Shown here: positions 47,602 through 59,044 of the stretch, in pieces | Layout of the letters: each line of letters opens with the position of its first letter | Numbering within the stretch: the stretch's first letter is position 1 | Origin: Gammaproteobacteria bacterium | GTDB taxonomy: Bacteria > Pseudomonadota > Gammaproteobacteria > Eutrophobiales > Eutrophobiaceae | Direction: 5' to 3' | DNA: 64,000 nt | Assembly (NCBI GenBank): GCA_965221695.1 | Contig: OZ244905.1 | Coordinates: forward strand, 512,001 to 576,000 | Position numbers and translations under genes: made by a program | The notes under the pieces: model-generated | What the model was told of the DNA's origin: nothing | The model's database searches: none | Seen by the model: only the letters and a program-made list of their open reading frames with translations

Positions 47602-48807
47602 ATGCATAACAATAACTGGTTATTATGGGCATTGCTCATCGCTGCCATAGCCGGCATTTTCTGCGGCTGGTTCTTCGGCCACACCATGATCGCTATCGAA
47701 TGGGTTGGTGAACTGTTCCTGGACGCGCTGAAAATGACCATCATTCCCCTCATCGTTGCCGCTGTCATCAGCGGTATTGCCTCCCTGGGTTCAAGTACCG
47801 GCGGTCTTAAACGCCTGGGCGGGATGACTGTGCTCTATTATTTCTGCACCACTGCTATCGCGGTTCTGGTGGGCCTGGTGATCGTCAACATCGTCCAGCC
47901 GGGCGCCGGGGTAACGGAAGTGAGCCAGGCGGTGCCGGAACGGGTCAGCGGCAAGGAAGGCACCGGCTTTGTGGAGATCGTCCGCTCATTGATTGGTTCC
48001 AATATCATCGCCTCCGCCGCTGAAACCAAGCTGCTGGAAGTGATTGTATTCTCGATACTTTTTGCCGTCGCCCTGACAACTATCGGCGACCGAGCCAAAC
48101 CTTTGGTGGCGTTTTTTGACGGATTGAACGAGGTGATGATAAAAATCGTCATCTGGATCATGTATTTTGCGCCAATCGGCATCTTCGCGCTGATTGCGTC
48201 CAAGTTGGGCGACACCGGCGGCGGCGAACAATTCTGGCGCGAAATCTCCGCCGTGGGCAAATACATGATGACCGTCATTCTTGGACTGACCCTGCACTTT
48301 TTCGTGCTGTTGACCATCCTGCTGGTCGTCAGCCGGCGCGGCCGCCAGTTCGTCGTGACCATGTCCAAGGCATTGATAACGGCATTCGGCACCGCGAGTT
48401 CATCGGCGACCCTGCCGTTGACGATGGAGTGCGCGCTGGAAGCCAACGTAGACAAGCGCGCGGTGAAATTCGTCCTGCCCCTTGGTTCCACGGTCAACAT
48501 GGACGGTACCGCACTGTACGAGGCGGTGGCAGTGATGTTTATCGCCCAGGCTTACGGGATTTACATGGCCCCATCGGATCAGGTCGTCATATTCATCACC
48601 GCAACCCTGGCGGCCATCGGCGCCGCGGGCATACCGGAGGCCGGTCTGGTGACCATGGTCATCGTGCTCACGGCCGTGGGACTGCCGATGGAAGGCATTG
48701 GCCTGTTACTCGCCGTAGACTGGTTCCTGGATCGGCTCAGAACCACCGTCAATGTCTGGGGCGACAGCGTGGGTTCCACAGTGATAGAGAGAATCTGCTT
48801 CCGGTAG
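47602..48807 (+). CDS. Dicarboxylate/amino acid:cation symporter (DAACS family)
   Basis: TASSSATLP, NMDGTALYE, GAAGIP and DRLRTTVNVWGD motifs. Confidence 0.93.
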   Translation: MHNNNWLLWALLIAAIAGIFCGWFFGHTMIAIEWVGELFLDALKMTIIPLIVAAVISGIASLGSSTGGLKRLGGMTVLYYFCTTAIAVLVGLVIVNIVQPGAGVTEVSQAVPERVSGKEGTGFVEIVRSLIGSNIIASAAETKLLEVIVFSILFAVALTTIGDRAKPLVAFFDGLNEVMIKIVIWIMYFAPIGIFALIASKLGDTGGGEQFWREISAVGKYMMTVILGLTLHFFVLLTILLVVSRRGRQFVVTMSKALITAFGTASSSATLPLTMECALEANVDKRAVKFVLPLGSTVNMDGTALYEAVAVMFIAQAYGIYMAPSDQVVIFITATLAAIGAAGIPEAGLVTMVIVLTAVGLPMEGIGLLLAVDWFLDRLRTTVNVWGDSVGSTVIERICFR

Positions 48808-48835
48808 CAGGCGCAAAACCCTGGGAAACCCTGAA

Positions 48836-48952
48836 AGCGCAGGCGTCTCGCCTGCTTAAGGGCGGCGCGTCCACTCTACCAGGGTGAGTTTTGTCGCCAT
48901 TCTGAGCTCGATCACAGGCATCCTGCCTGCGGGCGGCACGCCCGCACTCCCA
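48836..48952. repeat. REP-like GC-rich palindromes between convergent genes
   Basis: GCAGGCGTCTCGCCTGC, CAGGCATCCTGCCTG and GCGGGCGGCACGCCCGC hairpins. Confidence 0.55.
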
Positions 48953-48964
48953 GTGAATACGGGT

Positions 48965-50869
48965 TTACAGGGATTCCTCGTAAATCGTGATATCTGCTTC
49001 CGCTTGCAGGCTTTCGTTGAAGCCCGCCCATGCCGAAGCAGCACGAGCCTGCAGCAGTTGCCCGCGCACGATATCAAGTTCCTCAGTTTCTATCTCGTCC
49101 GAGTCTGTCTTGCTCACGGAATGGACGATTATGACAGCATAATCTCCGGTTCCAAGAGAAGTCCCGTCAAAGATCGCCTGGTCATTCTCCGGAACCCCTG
49201 CCCTGAACGCCGACCGCAACACAGCCCGGTTAACACTTTCATCATCCTGGTTGACACCTTGGGCAGTAATCCACTCCAGGGAAAACTCCTGTGCCAGGTC
49301 TTCCTTCGACTTCCCCTGGCGTAACTGCTCCAGGATTGTCTCTCCCTTTTCCCGGGTCCGGTCCCTGGCCTGCTCGAACTTCAGGCGCGTGACGATTTCA
49401 TCGCGCACCTCACCCATGGACGTTTTGAAGGCGGGCAGGTGGTCGAGTACCCGTAACACCATGTAACGGTCATTCTCCAGTTCCAGGAGTTCGCTGTTGT
49501 TCTCTTCCAGCAGTACTTCATCACTGAAGGCCGCAGCCATCACACCCGGTTCGGAGACTATACCGGCGCCGGGGTCTTCCCGGCTCAGGTAATCACTGGA
49601 CTGTAATTTCAGTCCCAGTTCTTCCGCCGCTACTTCCAGCGTATCCGGGTTTTCATAGGTGAGGCCTGCCAACCGGTCCGTAAGCTCATACAACTGTTGC
49701 TCGGCTTTTTCCCTGCGCAGGTCCTGCTCCACCTCTTCGCGCCGGGTATCGAGGGTGGCATCCGTTCCCTCCTGGATTTCATCCACGGACATGATGTGGA
49801 AGCCAAGCCGGGATTGCACCGGTTCGCTGATCTCTCCCTCCTGCATGGAAAAAACGACCTCGTCTACTTCTTCTTCCATTGCGCCTTTTGTGAGAAAGCC
49901 AAATTCGCTGAACTCGATGACGTCTTCATACTGTCCAGAATGATTGACCACCACATCTTCCCAATTCTCGCCTTGCAGGACCAGTTCATACAACTCGGTG
50001 GCCTTCGCCTTCATCTCTTCTACGGTTTCCTCCGCAGGTTCCTCCGGCAGGTTGACCAAAATCTGTTTGACCTTGCGGGTTCCCTCCACCTGATAATTCT
50101 GCCGGTTATCATCGAAATAGGCCTCAAGCTCCCCGTCTTCCAGGTATACCTCTTCCGCAATCTTGGCAAGGGATAACACCAGGTAGCCAATCCTGACCCG
50201 TTCCGGTTCCATGAAACGGCCTTCTTGCTCGTAGTAGGCCTGAATTTCCTCGTCCGTCGGCTCAATGGTTTCCTTCAATTCATCGGAGGACAGCATGGCA
50301 TAGGACAGGTCTCGATCCTGGAACAGAATGCCTGAATAGCCTGAAACCTCCGGTTGCGTGACAAATTCCGTTGTGACCACTGCGCTACGAAGCTGATCGA
50401 TCGCCATATCCTCTTTGATCATGGCCAGGAAGCCGGGAGGCGTTAAGCCGTTTTGACTTGCCGTCACTTCAAACATGGCCATATTGAACCCGTTGTCGTC
50501 ATTAAACGCAGGGATCTGCCGGATAAGCTGCCATGCCTCCTCGTCGCTGACGTACAGACCGGCTTTTTTCCCTGCCTGCCCCAGCAGTTCGTCCTGAATC
50601 AAGTCCTCGGTCACTCGTTGTTTTATCAGGGGTTCGGTTTCCTCCCGGACCGGTGAGCCCGACATGGACTGCCATTGCGCGCGCATGTCCTGGTAGGCGC
50701 GCTGGAAGTCTGCCAGGGTTATTTCCTCACCATTGACCTCAATGGCAATGATTCCGCCGGACTGTTCAAAATAATAGTTGATGCCCCAGAACGCGAAAGG
50801 AATGATCATAATTGTGAAGATGACAACGGCCAGCCAGCCTTTCACCTGATCCCTGATCATCTGTAACAT
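48965..50869 (-). CDS. ppiD: Periplasmic chaperone PpiD (SurA-N plus parvulin domain)
   Basis: N-terminal TM ending FAFWGINYY, VNGEEI, GEISEPVQSRLGFHI and YENPDTL motifs; downstream of lon. Confidence 0.9.
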   Translation of the reverse strand: MLQMIRDQVKGWLAVVIFTIMIIPFAFWGINYYFEQSGGIIAIEVNGEEITLADFQRAYQDMRAQWQSMSGSPVREETEPLIKQRVTEDLIQDELLGQAGKKAGLYVSDEEAWQLIRQIPAFNDDNGFNMAMFEVTASQNGLTPPGFLAMIKEDMAIDQLRSAVVTTEFVTQPEVSGYSGILFQDRDLSYAMLSSDELKETIEPTDEEIQAYYEQEGRFMEPERVRIGYLVLSLAKIAEEVYLEDGELEAYFDDNRQNYQVEGTRKVKQILVNLPEEPAEETVEEMKAKATELYELVLQGENWEDVVVNHSGQYEDVIEFSEFGFLTKGAMEEEVDEVVFSMQEGEISEPVQSRLGFHIMSVDEIQEGTDATLDTRREEVEQDLRREKAEQQLYELTDRLAGLTYENPDTLEVAAEELGLKLQSSDYLSREDPGAGIVSEPGVMAAAFSDEVLLEENNSELLELENDRYMVLRVLDHLPAFKTSMGEVRDEIVTRLKFEQARDRTREKGETILEQLRQGKSKEDLAQEFSLEWITAQGVNQDDESVNRAVLRSAFRAGVPENDQAIFDGTSLGTGDYAVIIVHSVSKTDSDEIETEELDIVRGQLLQARAASAWAGFNESLQAEADITIYEESL

Positions 50870-51195
50870 AATGCTAAACCTGCCTTATTTATAATGTATT
50901 GCGGGTGCAAAGATTACGGCGAAACCCCGAACCTGTCAATCACTTTTAGCTAGGGTCAGACCATTACAGTCTGACAGAAACCATTGATAATCAAGAGTAT
51001 TTTAACAACACACGTACTGTCACAGGCTTAGACTGCAGTTTCCATATACCAAAACAAACAGGCATGAGGATGTTACAACCACGATTCTGATAGCAATACA
51101 GGGTTTTTAAGAGGAAATAACTGGCGTATATGACGAATTTACTTAACTGAAACAGATAGTTACGGAGGTCCGACCCCCATAAAAGGCCTAAAATA

Positions 51196-51273
51196 TGGCG
51201 GAGTGGACGGGACTCGAACCCGCGACCCCCGGCGTGACAGGCCGGTATTCTAACCAAACTGAACTACCACTCC
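51196..51273 (-). tRNA. tRNA-Asp(GTC)
   Basis: GGAGTGGTAGTTCAG...CCTGTCACG...GTTCGAGTCCCGTCCACTCCGCCA. Confidence 0.97.
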
Positions 51274-51283
51274 ATCTGCCAAA

Positions 51284-51359
51284 TGGTGGGCGCTGAGGGG
51301 CTTGAACCCACGACCTCCGCCTTGTAAGGGCGGCGCTCTCCCAACTGAGCTAAGCGCCC
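51284..51359 (-). tRNA. tRNA-Val(TAC)
   Basis: GGGCGCTTAGCTCAG...CTTACAA...GTTCAAGCCCCTCAGCGCCCACCA; one T-stem mismatch. Confidence 0.95.
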
Positions 51360-51399
51360 AACGGCGGAAGTATAGCACAACTTGCCTGTGCGCCAATAC

Positions 51400-53814
51400 T
51401 TAATGTGGCCGTATCGTTTCCGAGCCCTCCTCCAAGGCAGCCGTTTCCTTTTTCACGATAGCGGCTTCCTCTTCCCCGGCTTCCGGAGCGGGCATGCGTT
51501 GCAACGCTATTTCCAGCACCTGATCAATCCAGCGCACAGGCTTGATATCAAGGTTCTGCTTGATATTTCTGGGTATCTCAATCAGCTCCCGTTCATTTTC
51601 AGAAGGTATCAGCACCGTCTCGATACCGCCACGCAGCGCTGCCAGTAGTTTTTCCTTCAGGCCGCCGATAGGCAATACCTCGCCGCGCAGAGTGATCTCA
51701 CCGGTCATCGCAACATTCGCTCGCACCGGAATATTGGTCAGCGCTGATACCAGAGCGGTGCACATTGCCACACCGGCGCTGGGCCCGTCCTTAGGTGTAG
51801 CGCCTTCGGGCACGTGAATATGAAAATCCCGCTCTTTGTAAAAATTCAAGTCGATCCCAAGGAATTCACTACGGCTGCGCACCACGGTGCGAGCCGCCTC
51901 GATGGATTCCTTCATGACATCGCCCAGGTGACCGGTGCGAATGGCCTCGCCCTTGCCGGGCACTACCGTGGCTTCGATAGTCAGCAGGTCGCCGCCAATT
52001 TCGGTCCATGCCAACCCGGTTACCTGCCCAACCCGGTCCTGTTCCTCAGCTCGACCATAGCGGTATCGCTTGACGCCAATCAACTTCTCCAGTTTTGCCG
52101 GTGTTATGGACAGCCGTTTCAAATCCGTTTTCTGTAATAACCTGGTGACGACTTTGCGGCAGATATTAGCGATTTCGCGCTCTAAGTTGCGCACTCCGGC
52201 CTCGCGGGTATAGTAGCGGATAATCTCGCGGATGGATGCTTCGCCCAGGTTGATCTCCTTCTGGTCGAGGCCATTGCGTTCCAGTTGCTTGGGGATCAGG
52301 TAATTCCTGGCAATATTAATCTTTTCATCTTCAGTATAACCGGAGATGCGGATAACCTCCATACGATCCAACAGCGGCGCCGGGATATTCAGGCTGTTGG
52401 CCGTGGTTACAAACATGACTTCGGACAGGTCGTAATCAACTTCCAGGTAATGGTCGACAAAACTGTGGTTTTGTTCCGGATCCAGGACTTCCAGCAAAGC
52501 CGAGGCCGGATCGCCGCGAAAATCCATGGCCATCTTATCTACTTCATCCAGCAACATCAAAGGATTCCTGGTCCCGACCTTTGCCATACTTTGCAGTATT
52601 TTGCCTGGCAGGGAACCTATATAAGTGCGCCGGTGGCCTCTTATCTCGGCCTCGTCACGCACCCCGCCCAAGGACATGCGAATGAATTTCCGGTTTGTAG
52701 CCCGGGCAATGGAGCGGCCCAAGGAAGTCTTTCCCACTCCCGGCGGCCCCACCAGGCACAGAATTGGCCCTTTCGGCTTTTTTACCCGCTGTTGGACAGC
52801 CAGATATTCCAGGATCCGTTGTTTAACCTTGTCCAGCCCATAGTGATCCTCTTCCAGTATCTGTTCCGCCTTGTTGATATCCTGTGAGATCCGGCTGCGC
52901 TTCTTCCAGGGAACATTAACCAGCCAGTCGATATAATTCCTTACCACGGTTGCTTCGGCAGACATGGGCGGCATCATTTTCAACTTGTTCAACTCCGCCT
53001 CAGCTTTTTTCCGAGTCTCCCGGGGCATACCCGACTTGGCGATTTTCCTGCTCAACTCCTCCATTTCATTAGGCGCTTCATCTATCTCGCCAAGTTCCTT
53101 TTGGATCGCCTTCATCTGCTCATTCAGATAATACTCGCGCTGGCTCTTTTCCATCTGCGACTTGACCCGCCCGCGGATGCGCTTTTCCACATTCAGGAGG
53201 TCGATTTCCTTCTCCATCAAGTCGATCAGGTATTCCAGGCGCTCCCGCACATTCACCTTTTCCAAGGCCACCTGCTTTTCTTCAATTTTGATTGACATGT
53301 GCGCGGCGATGGTATCTGCCAGACGGGAAGGATCATCAAGGCTGGACAAGGATGACAGAATCTCAGGGGGAACCTTCTTGTTCAGCTTCACATATTGTTC
53401 GAACTGGTTCAATGCCGGACGTAGCAATACCTCGATGGCCCGATCTTCATATTGCTCTTCCAGTAGTTCAGTATTGGCAAAAAACATCGAATCCGTCTCG
53501 ATAAAGTTAGCCACACGCGCTCTCTGGGCTCCTTCCACCAACACCTTGATGGTGCCGTCGGGCAATTTCAGCAATTGCAGGATATTGGACATTGAACCCA
53601 GCTCATAAATCTGATCGATAGCGGGATCATCTTCGCCGGCGCTCTTCTGAGCAACCAGGAGTATCTGTTTGTTGCCATTCATGGCGTTATCCAGCGCCTT
53701 GATGGACTTCTCTCTCCCTACAAACAGAGGTATGACCATATAGGGATAAACCACCACATCGCGTAGTGGCAGAACAGGGAGAACCTGAAGCGGTAGTTGT
53801 GAGGTGGCTGACAT
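51400..53814 (-). CDS. lon: ATP-dependent protease La
   Basis: [24 protein letters not shown] (catalytic Ser) and GGLKEK motifs. Confidence 0.98.
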   Translation of the reverse strand: MSATSQLPLQVLPVLPLRDVVVYPYMVIPLFVGREKSIKALDNAMNGNKQILLVAQKSAGEDDPAIDQIYELGSMSNILQLLKLPDGTIKVLVEGAQRARVANFIETDSMFFANTELLEEQYEDRAIEVLLRPALNQFEQYVKLNKKVPPEILSSLSSLDDPSRLADTIAAHMSIKIEEKQVALEKVNVRERLEYLIDLMEKEIDLLNVEKRIRGRVKSQMEKSQREYYLNEQMKAIQKELGEIDEAPNEMEELSRKIAKSGMPRETRKKAEAELNKLKMMPPMSAEATVVRNYIDWLVNVPWKKRSRISQDINKAEQILEEDHYGLDKVKQRILEYLAVQQRVKKPKGPILCLVGPPGVGKTSLGRSIARATNRKFIRMSLGGVRDEAEIRGHRRTYIGSLPGKILQSMAKVGTRNPLMLLDEVDKMAMDFRGDPASALLEVLDPEQNHSFVDHYLEVDYDLSEVMFVTTANSLNIPAPLLDRMEVIRISGYTEDEKINIARNYLIPKQLERNGLDQKEINLGEASIREIIRYYTREAGVRNLEREIANICRKVVTRLLQKTDLKRLSITPAKLEKLIGVKRYRYGRAEEQDRVGQVTGLAWTEIGGDLLTIEATVVPGKGEAIRTGHLGDVMKESIEAARTVVRSRSEFLGIDLNFYKERDFHIHVPEGATPKDGPSAGVAMCTALVSALTNIPVRANVAMTGEITLRGEVLPIGGLKEKLLAALRGGIETVLIPSENERELIEIPRNIKQNLDIKPVRWIDQVLEIALQRMPAPEAGEEEAAIVKKETAALEEGSETIRPH

Positions 53815-53880
53815 AACTGAAGGCTATATTGGATTACCCCTGTTAATTGGGGCAACTACCATAGATTTCAAGGGTTAGTA

Positions 53881-55167
53881 CTAGTCCGCATCGGACGCCG
53901 CCTTCGGCAATTCGCCGCCCTCATAGATCATCAGTGGTTTCGACTCGCCGCCAATTACACCGGCATCGATTACCACCTTGGTCACTCCGTCGGTCGAAGG
54001 CAGATCATACATGGTATCAAGCAATACGTTTTCCATAATCGAACGCAGACCTCTGGCGCCGGTTTTCCTTTCCATGGACTTTCTCGCGACCTTGCGCAAT
54101 GCGTCATCACGAAACTCAATTTCACAGTTTTCCATCTCGAACATGCGTTCGTATTGCCTGGTGAGCGCATTCTTCGGCTCAACCAGTATTTTCACAAGCT
54201 GCTCCTCATCCAGTTCATCCAGTGTCGCTACTACGGGCAGACGACCAACGAATTCGGGAATGAGACCGTACTTGATCAAATCTTCCGGTTCAACAGTCTG
54301 CAGCAAAGCGCTGGCGCTCTTCCTGTCCGACAGACTCTTCACTTCGGCGGAAAACCCAATGCCGGCCTTTTCCGAACGCTCCCGGATGATCTTATCCAAA
54401 CCCGCAAACGCGCCACCACAGATGAACAGGATATCAGCCGTATTGACCTGCAGGAATTCCTGTTGCGGGTGTTTGCGTCCTCCCTGAGGCGGGACAGACG
54501 CCACAGTGCCTTCGACCAGCTTCAGTAAAGCCTGTTGCACCCCTTCACCAGAGACATCGCGGGTGATGGATGGATTGTCGGACTTGCGGGAAATCTTGTC
54601 TATTTCATCAATGTACACAATACCCGTCTGGGCTTTTTCCACATCATAATCGCATTTCTGCAGCAATTTCTGGATGATGTTTTCGACATCCTCGCCCACA
54701 TAACCGGCCTCAGTCAGGGTTGTGGCATCGGCAATAGTAAAGGGCACGTTGAGCAGGCGGGCAAGGGTTTCGGCCAGCAGGGTCTTGCCGCTGCCGGTGG
54801 GGCCGATCAACAATACGTTGCTCTTGGCCAGTTCCACATCGGATTTTTTTACCCCCTGTTCGAGGCGTTTGTAATGGTTGTACACCGCAACCGAAAGGAT
54901 CTTTTTTGCAAGATCCTGACCGATGACATACTCGTTCAGAATTTCATTGATCTCTCGGGGGGTGGGCAGCGCATTAGCGGCTCCGGAAATCGACCGCTCC
55001 TGGATTTCCTCCCAGATGATATCGTTGCACAACTCCACACATTCATCACAGATGAATACTGAAGGGCCGGCAATCAGCTTGCGCACCTCATGTTGGCTCT
55101 TGCCACAGAAAGAGCAATATAACAGCCGGTCGCCCTCGCCTGATTTACCTTGTTTGTTGCCGCTCAT
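53881..55167 (-). CDS. clpX: ATP-dependent Clp protease ATPase subunit
   Basis: CSFCGK zinc finger, [16 protein letters not shown] and GGRKHP motifs. Confidence 0.98.
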   Translation of the reverse strand: MSGNKQGKSGEGDRLLYCSFCGKSQHEVRKLIAGPSVFICDECVELCNDIIWEEIQERSISGAANALPTPREINEILNEYVIGQDLAKKILSVAVYNHYKRLEQGVKKSDVELAKSNVLLIGPTGSGKTLLAETLARLLNVPFTIADATTLTEAGYVGEDVENIIQKLLQKCDYDVEKAQTGIVYIDEIDKISRKSDNPSITRDVSGEGVQQALLKLVEGTVASVPPQGGRKHPQQEFLQVNTADILFICGGAFAGLDKIIRERSEKAGIGFSAEVKSLSDRKSASALLQTVEPEDLIKYGLIPEFVGRLPVVATLDELDEEQLVKILVEPKNALTRQYERMFEMENCEIEFRDDALRKVARKSMERKTGARGLRSIMENVLLDTMYDLPSTDGVTKVVIDAGVIGGESKPLMIYEGGELPKAASDAD

Positions 55168-55253
55168 AACTTAACCTAATAACATACTATTTTAAATCTG
55201 TCCCAATCTGTTCCGCAACTATAACCCGGCCTTATGTTCAAAGCCCGCGCAGT

Positions 55254-55859
55254 CTAACGCGCGGCCAGCACTGCGTCTACTAATCCATATTCCTTCGCTT
55301 CCTCCGAACTCATGAATTTATCCCGCTCTGTGTCTCGCTGTATTTTATTAACAGACTGCCCTGTATGGGAAACAAAAATCCGGTTCAGCCTTTCACGCGC
55401 CTTCAAAATCTCTTTGGCATGAATATCTATATCTGTTGCCTGCCCCTGAAAACCTCCCAGTGGCTGATGGATCATAACCCGTGAATGCGGCAGGCAGAAG
55501 CGTTTACCGGCGGCGCCGCCAGCCAGCAGCAAAGCGCCCATACTGGCTGCCTGTCCGACACACATCGTGCTGACATCCGGTTTTATAAATTGCATGGTAT
55601 CATAAACAGCCAAGCCGGCTGAAACCGAGCCCCCCGGAGAATTGATATAGAAATGAATATCCTTATCAGGGTTCTCCGACTCCAGAAACAACAACTGGGC
55701 AACGATCAGGTTGGCTACATGGTCCTCCACTGCCCCAACCAGGAAAACCACCCGTTCCTTCAGCAGGCGCGAATAAATGTCATAGGCTCGCTCGCCGCGG
55801 GAAGTCTGCTCTACAACCATAGGCACCAGGTTGAGACCTTTTATATCTACTTTATCCAT
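55254..55859 (-). CDS. clpP: Clp protease proteolytic subunit
   Basis: [20 protein letters not shown] and MIHQP motifs. Confidence 0.98.
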   Translation of the reverse strand: MDKVDIKGLNLVPMVVEQTSRGERAYDIYSRLLKERVVFLVGAVEDHVANLIVAQLLFLESENPDKDIHFYINSPGGSVSAGLAVYDTMQFIKPDVSTMCVGQAASMGALLLAGGAAGKRFCLPHSRVMIHQPLGGFQGQATDIDIHAKEILKARERLNRIFVSHTGQSVNKIQRDTERDKFMSSEEAKEYGLVDAVLAAR

Positions 55860-57178
55860 TAATTATTAGTCTGCCTTTTATTCATCAATTCGTCAAACGC
55901 CAATGATAATTCCTTTACCTTGCCCAGCGATGAAATACATTCGATCACCTCATCTTCGAGCGCAATGGATTCAACCCGAGCCATACTCTCCTTATCTCTG
56001 TAATGCCAGTTGATAAACTCTTCAGAATCGTCATAAGATTGTGCCCATGTCTCTATGATTTCCCTGACTTTTTCTGGTTTAGCCTGTAATTCGCGCGTGC
56101 GGATGAGCTCTGCCGTAAGCAACTGCAACGCGACCTGGCGTCTGGCCGTGTTTTTGAAATCTTCAAGCGCGGCCAGTTGGGAGATATTTTCCTTGGCGAT
56201 GCCGCGCTTTTCCAGATCCAAGGCCAGTAATTGCTGCATGCGTTCTGCCTCGATGTTTACCATAACATCAGGCACATCAATTTCGTTGGCATCATGCAAC
56301 GCGTTCATGATGGAGTCCCGGTAACGTTTCCGCAACTCGACCTGGAGCTCCCGGTTCATATGGTTCCGGATTTCCTGTCTGAATGCCTGTTCTCCTCCAT
56401 CCGATACCCCGAAGTTTTCAAAGAACGCTTCATCCAAATCGGGCCATACGGCTTCCATGACCTTATTGACTTCTATTTGGAACAACGCCGGTTTGCCGGC
56501 TAGTTCTGCGCTGTAAAAATCCTCCGGCAATGTCAGTTTCAACTCCAATGACTGGCCCGAGCTGGCGCCATCCAAGCCCTGGTCCAACCCCGGAAAAAGT
56601 CTGTCCTCGCCGATTTCGATATCCACCTCTTCCGCTTTAAGCGATTCCAGTTCTTCTCCGTCAACCAATCCCTGAAAATTGATATTCACCAAATCACCGT
56701 TGCCTGCCGCTCGTTCCACCACCTGAAATGTCCGATTTTGCCGGCGTAACTTTTCGATCATCCGATCAACATCGACCTCCTCGATCTCACACACCGGTTT
56801 TTCTAACCGCAGTTCCTCGATCGGGTTGAGTTTGATCTCAGGCATGACCTCGAAGGTGGCGGTATAAGAGAGACCGTTGCCGACTTCTTCCTGCAATGGG
56901 TCGATCAAAGGCCTGCCGACGGGTTTTAGGTCTTCCTGTTGTGCCGCCTCATGAAAAGATGAGTTGACCAGCTTATCGACTACTTCCTGGCGCACCTGAG
57001 AACCAAAACGCTGTTTGATCACGCGCAAGGGCGCCTTGCCCGGACGAAAGCCCTGAATCCGGCTCGTTCTGGTCATGGATTTGAGCCGCTCCTCCACCGC
57101 GCTGGCGATGCGCTCCTCCGGCAGCTCGACCGTCATACTTCTGCCGAGAGAGCCTTTCGTTTCAACCGAAACCTGCAT
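55859..57178 (-). CDS. tig: Trigger factor
   Basis: GFRPGKAP ribosome-binding motif, FKBP domain; upstream of clpP. Confidence 0.96.
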   Translation of the reverse strand: MQVSVETKGSLGRSMTVELPEERIASAVEERLKSMTRTSRIQGFRPGKAPLRVIKQRFGSQVRQEVVDKLVNSSFHEAAQQEDLKPVGRPLIDPLQEEVGNGLSYTATFEVMPEIKLNPIEELRLEKPVCEIEEVDVDRMIEKLRRQNRTFQVVERAAGNGDLVNINFQGLVDGEELESLKAEEVDIEIGEDRLFPGLDQGLDGASSGQSLELKLTLPEDFYSAELAGKPALFQIEVNKVMEAVWPDLDEAFFENFGVSDGGEQAFRQEIRNHMNRELQVELRKRYRDSIMNALHDANEIDVPDVMVNIEAERMQQLLALDLEKRGIAKENISQLAALEDFKNTARRQVALQLLTAELIRTRELQAKPEKVREIIETWAQSYDDSEEFINWHYRDKESMARVESIALEDEVIECISSLGKVKELSLAFDELMNKRQTNN

Positions 57179-57212
57179 ATGCCGTTATCTCTATCTGTTT
57201 GAATATTTGGTA

Positions 57213-57297
<85 letters not shown>

Positions 57298-57356
57298 TCA
57301 CTATGCCTGGCGCAGAGCAAAGAGCGATTATACACCAACGGGAAAGCAGTTGTAAT

Positions 57357-57689
57357 TCAGAGACATTCCTCAGCGAAGGACTTGCATGTCCTGACGCACT
57401 TTGTGGCAACAGCCCCACTGCCAGCGCTACGCCTTAGACAGTCTTCGCCCCACCTGGAACACACGGTCATGCAGCGTCTGTCCTCCCGGTATTCCAGGTT
57501 GCCGGCAGGAACCTGTATTCGGAGAGTGGCGGTTTCATGCTCAGGCTGGATATCGCTGTTTTCATATTCAAGGGAAAGAACAAGAGGGTTGGCATCCGCG
57601 GATTCGGCAGGAGCGAAGGATGATTGTTGCGCAGCCGGCGCGGCGCCAAGGACGAAAACGAAAATTAGTACAGCATGTAACAAATGCAT
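57357..57689 (-). CDS. Small secreted cysteine-rich hypothetical protein
   Basis: Signal peptide MHLLHAVLIFVFVLGAAPAA; C-terminal 2 x CxxxC-x6-C. Confidence 0.6.
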   Translation of the reverse strand: MHLLHAVLIFVFVLGAAPAAQQSSFAPAESADANPLVLSLEYENSDIQPEHETATLRIQVPAGNLEYREDRRCMTVCSRWGEDCLRRSAGSGAVATKCVRTCKSFAEECL

Positions 57690-57836
57690 GCATTCTATCT
57701 TTCTGAGTGTATGACAATTAGACATTATTACGTTTGGACTGGCAACAGGAAATTTAGTTCAGCCTTGATTATGACGTTCAGACGATTATGTTACCAAAAA
57801 AGCAGTTCTATTCTGAAATATAATGAGGATACACAA

Positions 57837-57989
57837 ATAAGGAAGGTCTGAACAAGCCCATCCATGACTTGCAAAGCGCGTAAATCAAAAAAGTGATTTG
57901 TACTCACAAAATCAATGGCATAATGCCATTGATTTTAACGGTGCGTGCTTGTACCGTAGGAACCTCTGGCTTAATCAGGAGTTCCATGC
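57837..57989 (-). mobile_element. MITE copy 3 (diverged)
   Basis: TAA-GGAAGGTCTGAACAAG...GGAACCTCTGGCTTAATCAGGAGTTCC; same hairpin series as the other copies. Confidence 0.75.
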
Positions 57990-58025
57990 TCAAATTTATG
58001 CAATCTTCAAGTTTATACATTCATC

Positions 58026-58409
58026 ATGGATAACAGACTTTATTTCATTTTCGGCGATCTTGTTTCAAATATTATCGCCGGCATCTTGATCGCGCTCTGT
58101 GCCGCTCTGCTGGTTGGCGTTGGTTGGAACATGTTCATTGCCATGGCGGTAATGATGGCGCTGGGCATGGCGCTAGGCTTTATTCTCTCCCTGGCCCTGG
58201 GCATACTGTTCGGAGCTATGGAAATCATGGTGCCGGTAATGTTGACCGGCATGTTCAGTGGCATGTTCAGTGGCATGTGGCTGGCCATGGCAGAGACGAC
58301 GCTCACGCGCCTGGTATGGCTGGGGTTAATCACTGGAACGGTCATAACCTGTGTTATCTGGCTGGTCAATACACATCTGCGCGGCATCAGTTCAACGGAG
58401 ATCAACTGA
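58026..58409 (+). CDS. Small Met/Gly-rich integral membrane protein
   Basis: About four hydrophobic segments; 2 bp from the next gene. Confidence 0.7.
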   Translation: MDNRLYFIFGDLVSNIIAGILIALCAALLVGVGWNMFIAMAVMMALGMALGFILSLALGILFGAMEIMVPVMLTGMFSGMFSGMWLAMAETTLTRLVWLGLITGTVITCVIWLVNTHLRGISSTEIN

Positions 58410-58411
58410 CT

Positions 58412-59029
58412 ATGGTCGATTTGGTTACACAAGACAAATGGAATAAGGCGGCCCCCAACTTTGACCTGATGTCCGGCAACGGCGAGTTGAAACGCTGGCT
58501 TCCCTTCAAGACCCGGTTGTTCAACCACATGGAACCGGGTAAAATCCTGTTCGCCTCCCTGGGTACGGGACTTGACATACCGGCGTTTCCACCCAATATG
58601 ACGATCACTGCCATTGATATAAGCCCGGAAATGCTCAAGCGCGCGCAGCCTCGGATCGACGAATACCCCGGGACAATCAATGTCGAGCTCATCGATATCC
58701 ATGAAATGCCATACCCAGACAACCACTTCGACCAGATATTCACATCATGCACGTTTTGCTCTGTGCCGAGGCCGGTGGCGGCGCTGAGCGTGTTGAACCG
58801 CGTGCTGAAACCAGGTGGCCGGCTCTACATGTTCGAACACACGGGGAGCCGTTATTTCCCCTTCAACCGCATGATGGACCTGATGACGATTATTACCCGG
58901 AAAATTGGCCCTGATCTGAACAGAACTACCGTGGCGAACGTCAAGGCGGCCGGATTTGAAATCATGGAAGTGAACAACCTATTCCTGGATATTGTCAAAA
59001 CGATTAAGGCGACAAAGCCACTTCACTGA
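58412..59029 (+). CDS. Class I SAM-dependent methyltransferase
   Basis: GTG motif I variant, AIDISPEML, FDQI...TFCSV and RVLKPGG motifs; ATG at 58412. Confidence 0.88.
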   Translation: MVDLVTQDKWNKAAPNFDLMSGNGELKRWLPFKTRLFNHMEPGKILFASLGTGLDIPAFPPNMTITAIDISPEMLKRAQPRIDEYPGTINVELIDIHEMPYPDNHFDQIFTSCTFCSVPRPVAALSVLNRVLKPGGRLYMFEHTGSRYFPFNRMMDLMTIITRKIGPDLNRTTVANVKAAGFEIMEVNNLFLDIVKTIKATKPLH

Positions 59030-59044
59030 GTTTAAATCGAAAAC

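Noticed and set aside
50991-51257. 88-aa ORF
   Set aside because: Overlaps tRNA-Asp; spurious translation.
58124-58411. N-terminal extensions in the ORF track for the methyltransferase (also slipin, fabI, oppC)
   Set aside because: They overlap upstream genes or lack family similarity; downstream ATGs with RBS or translational coupling fit better.
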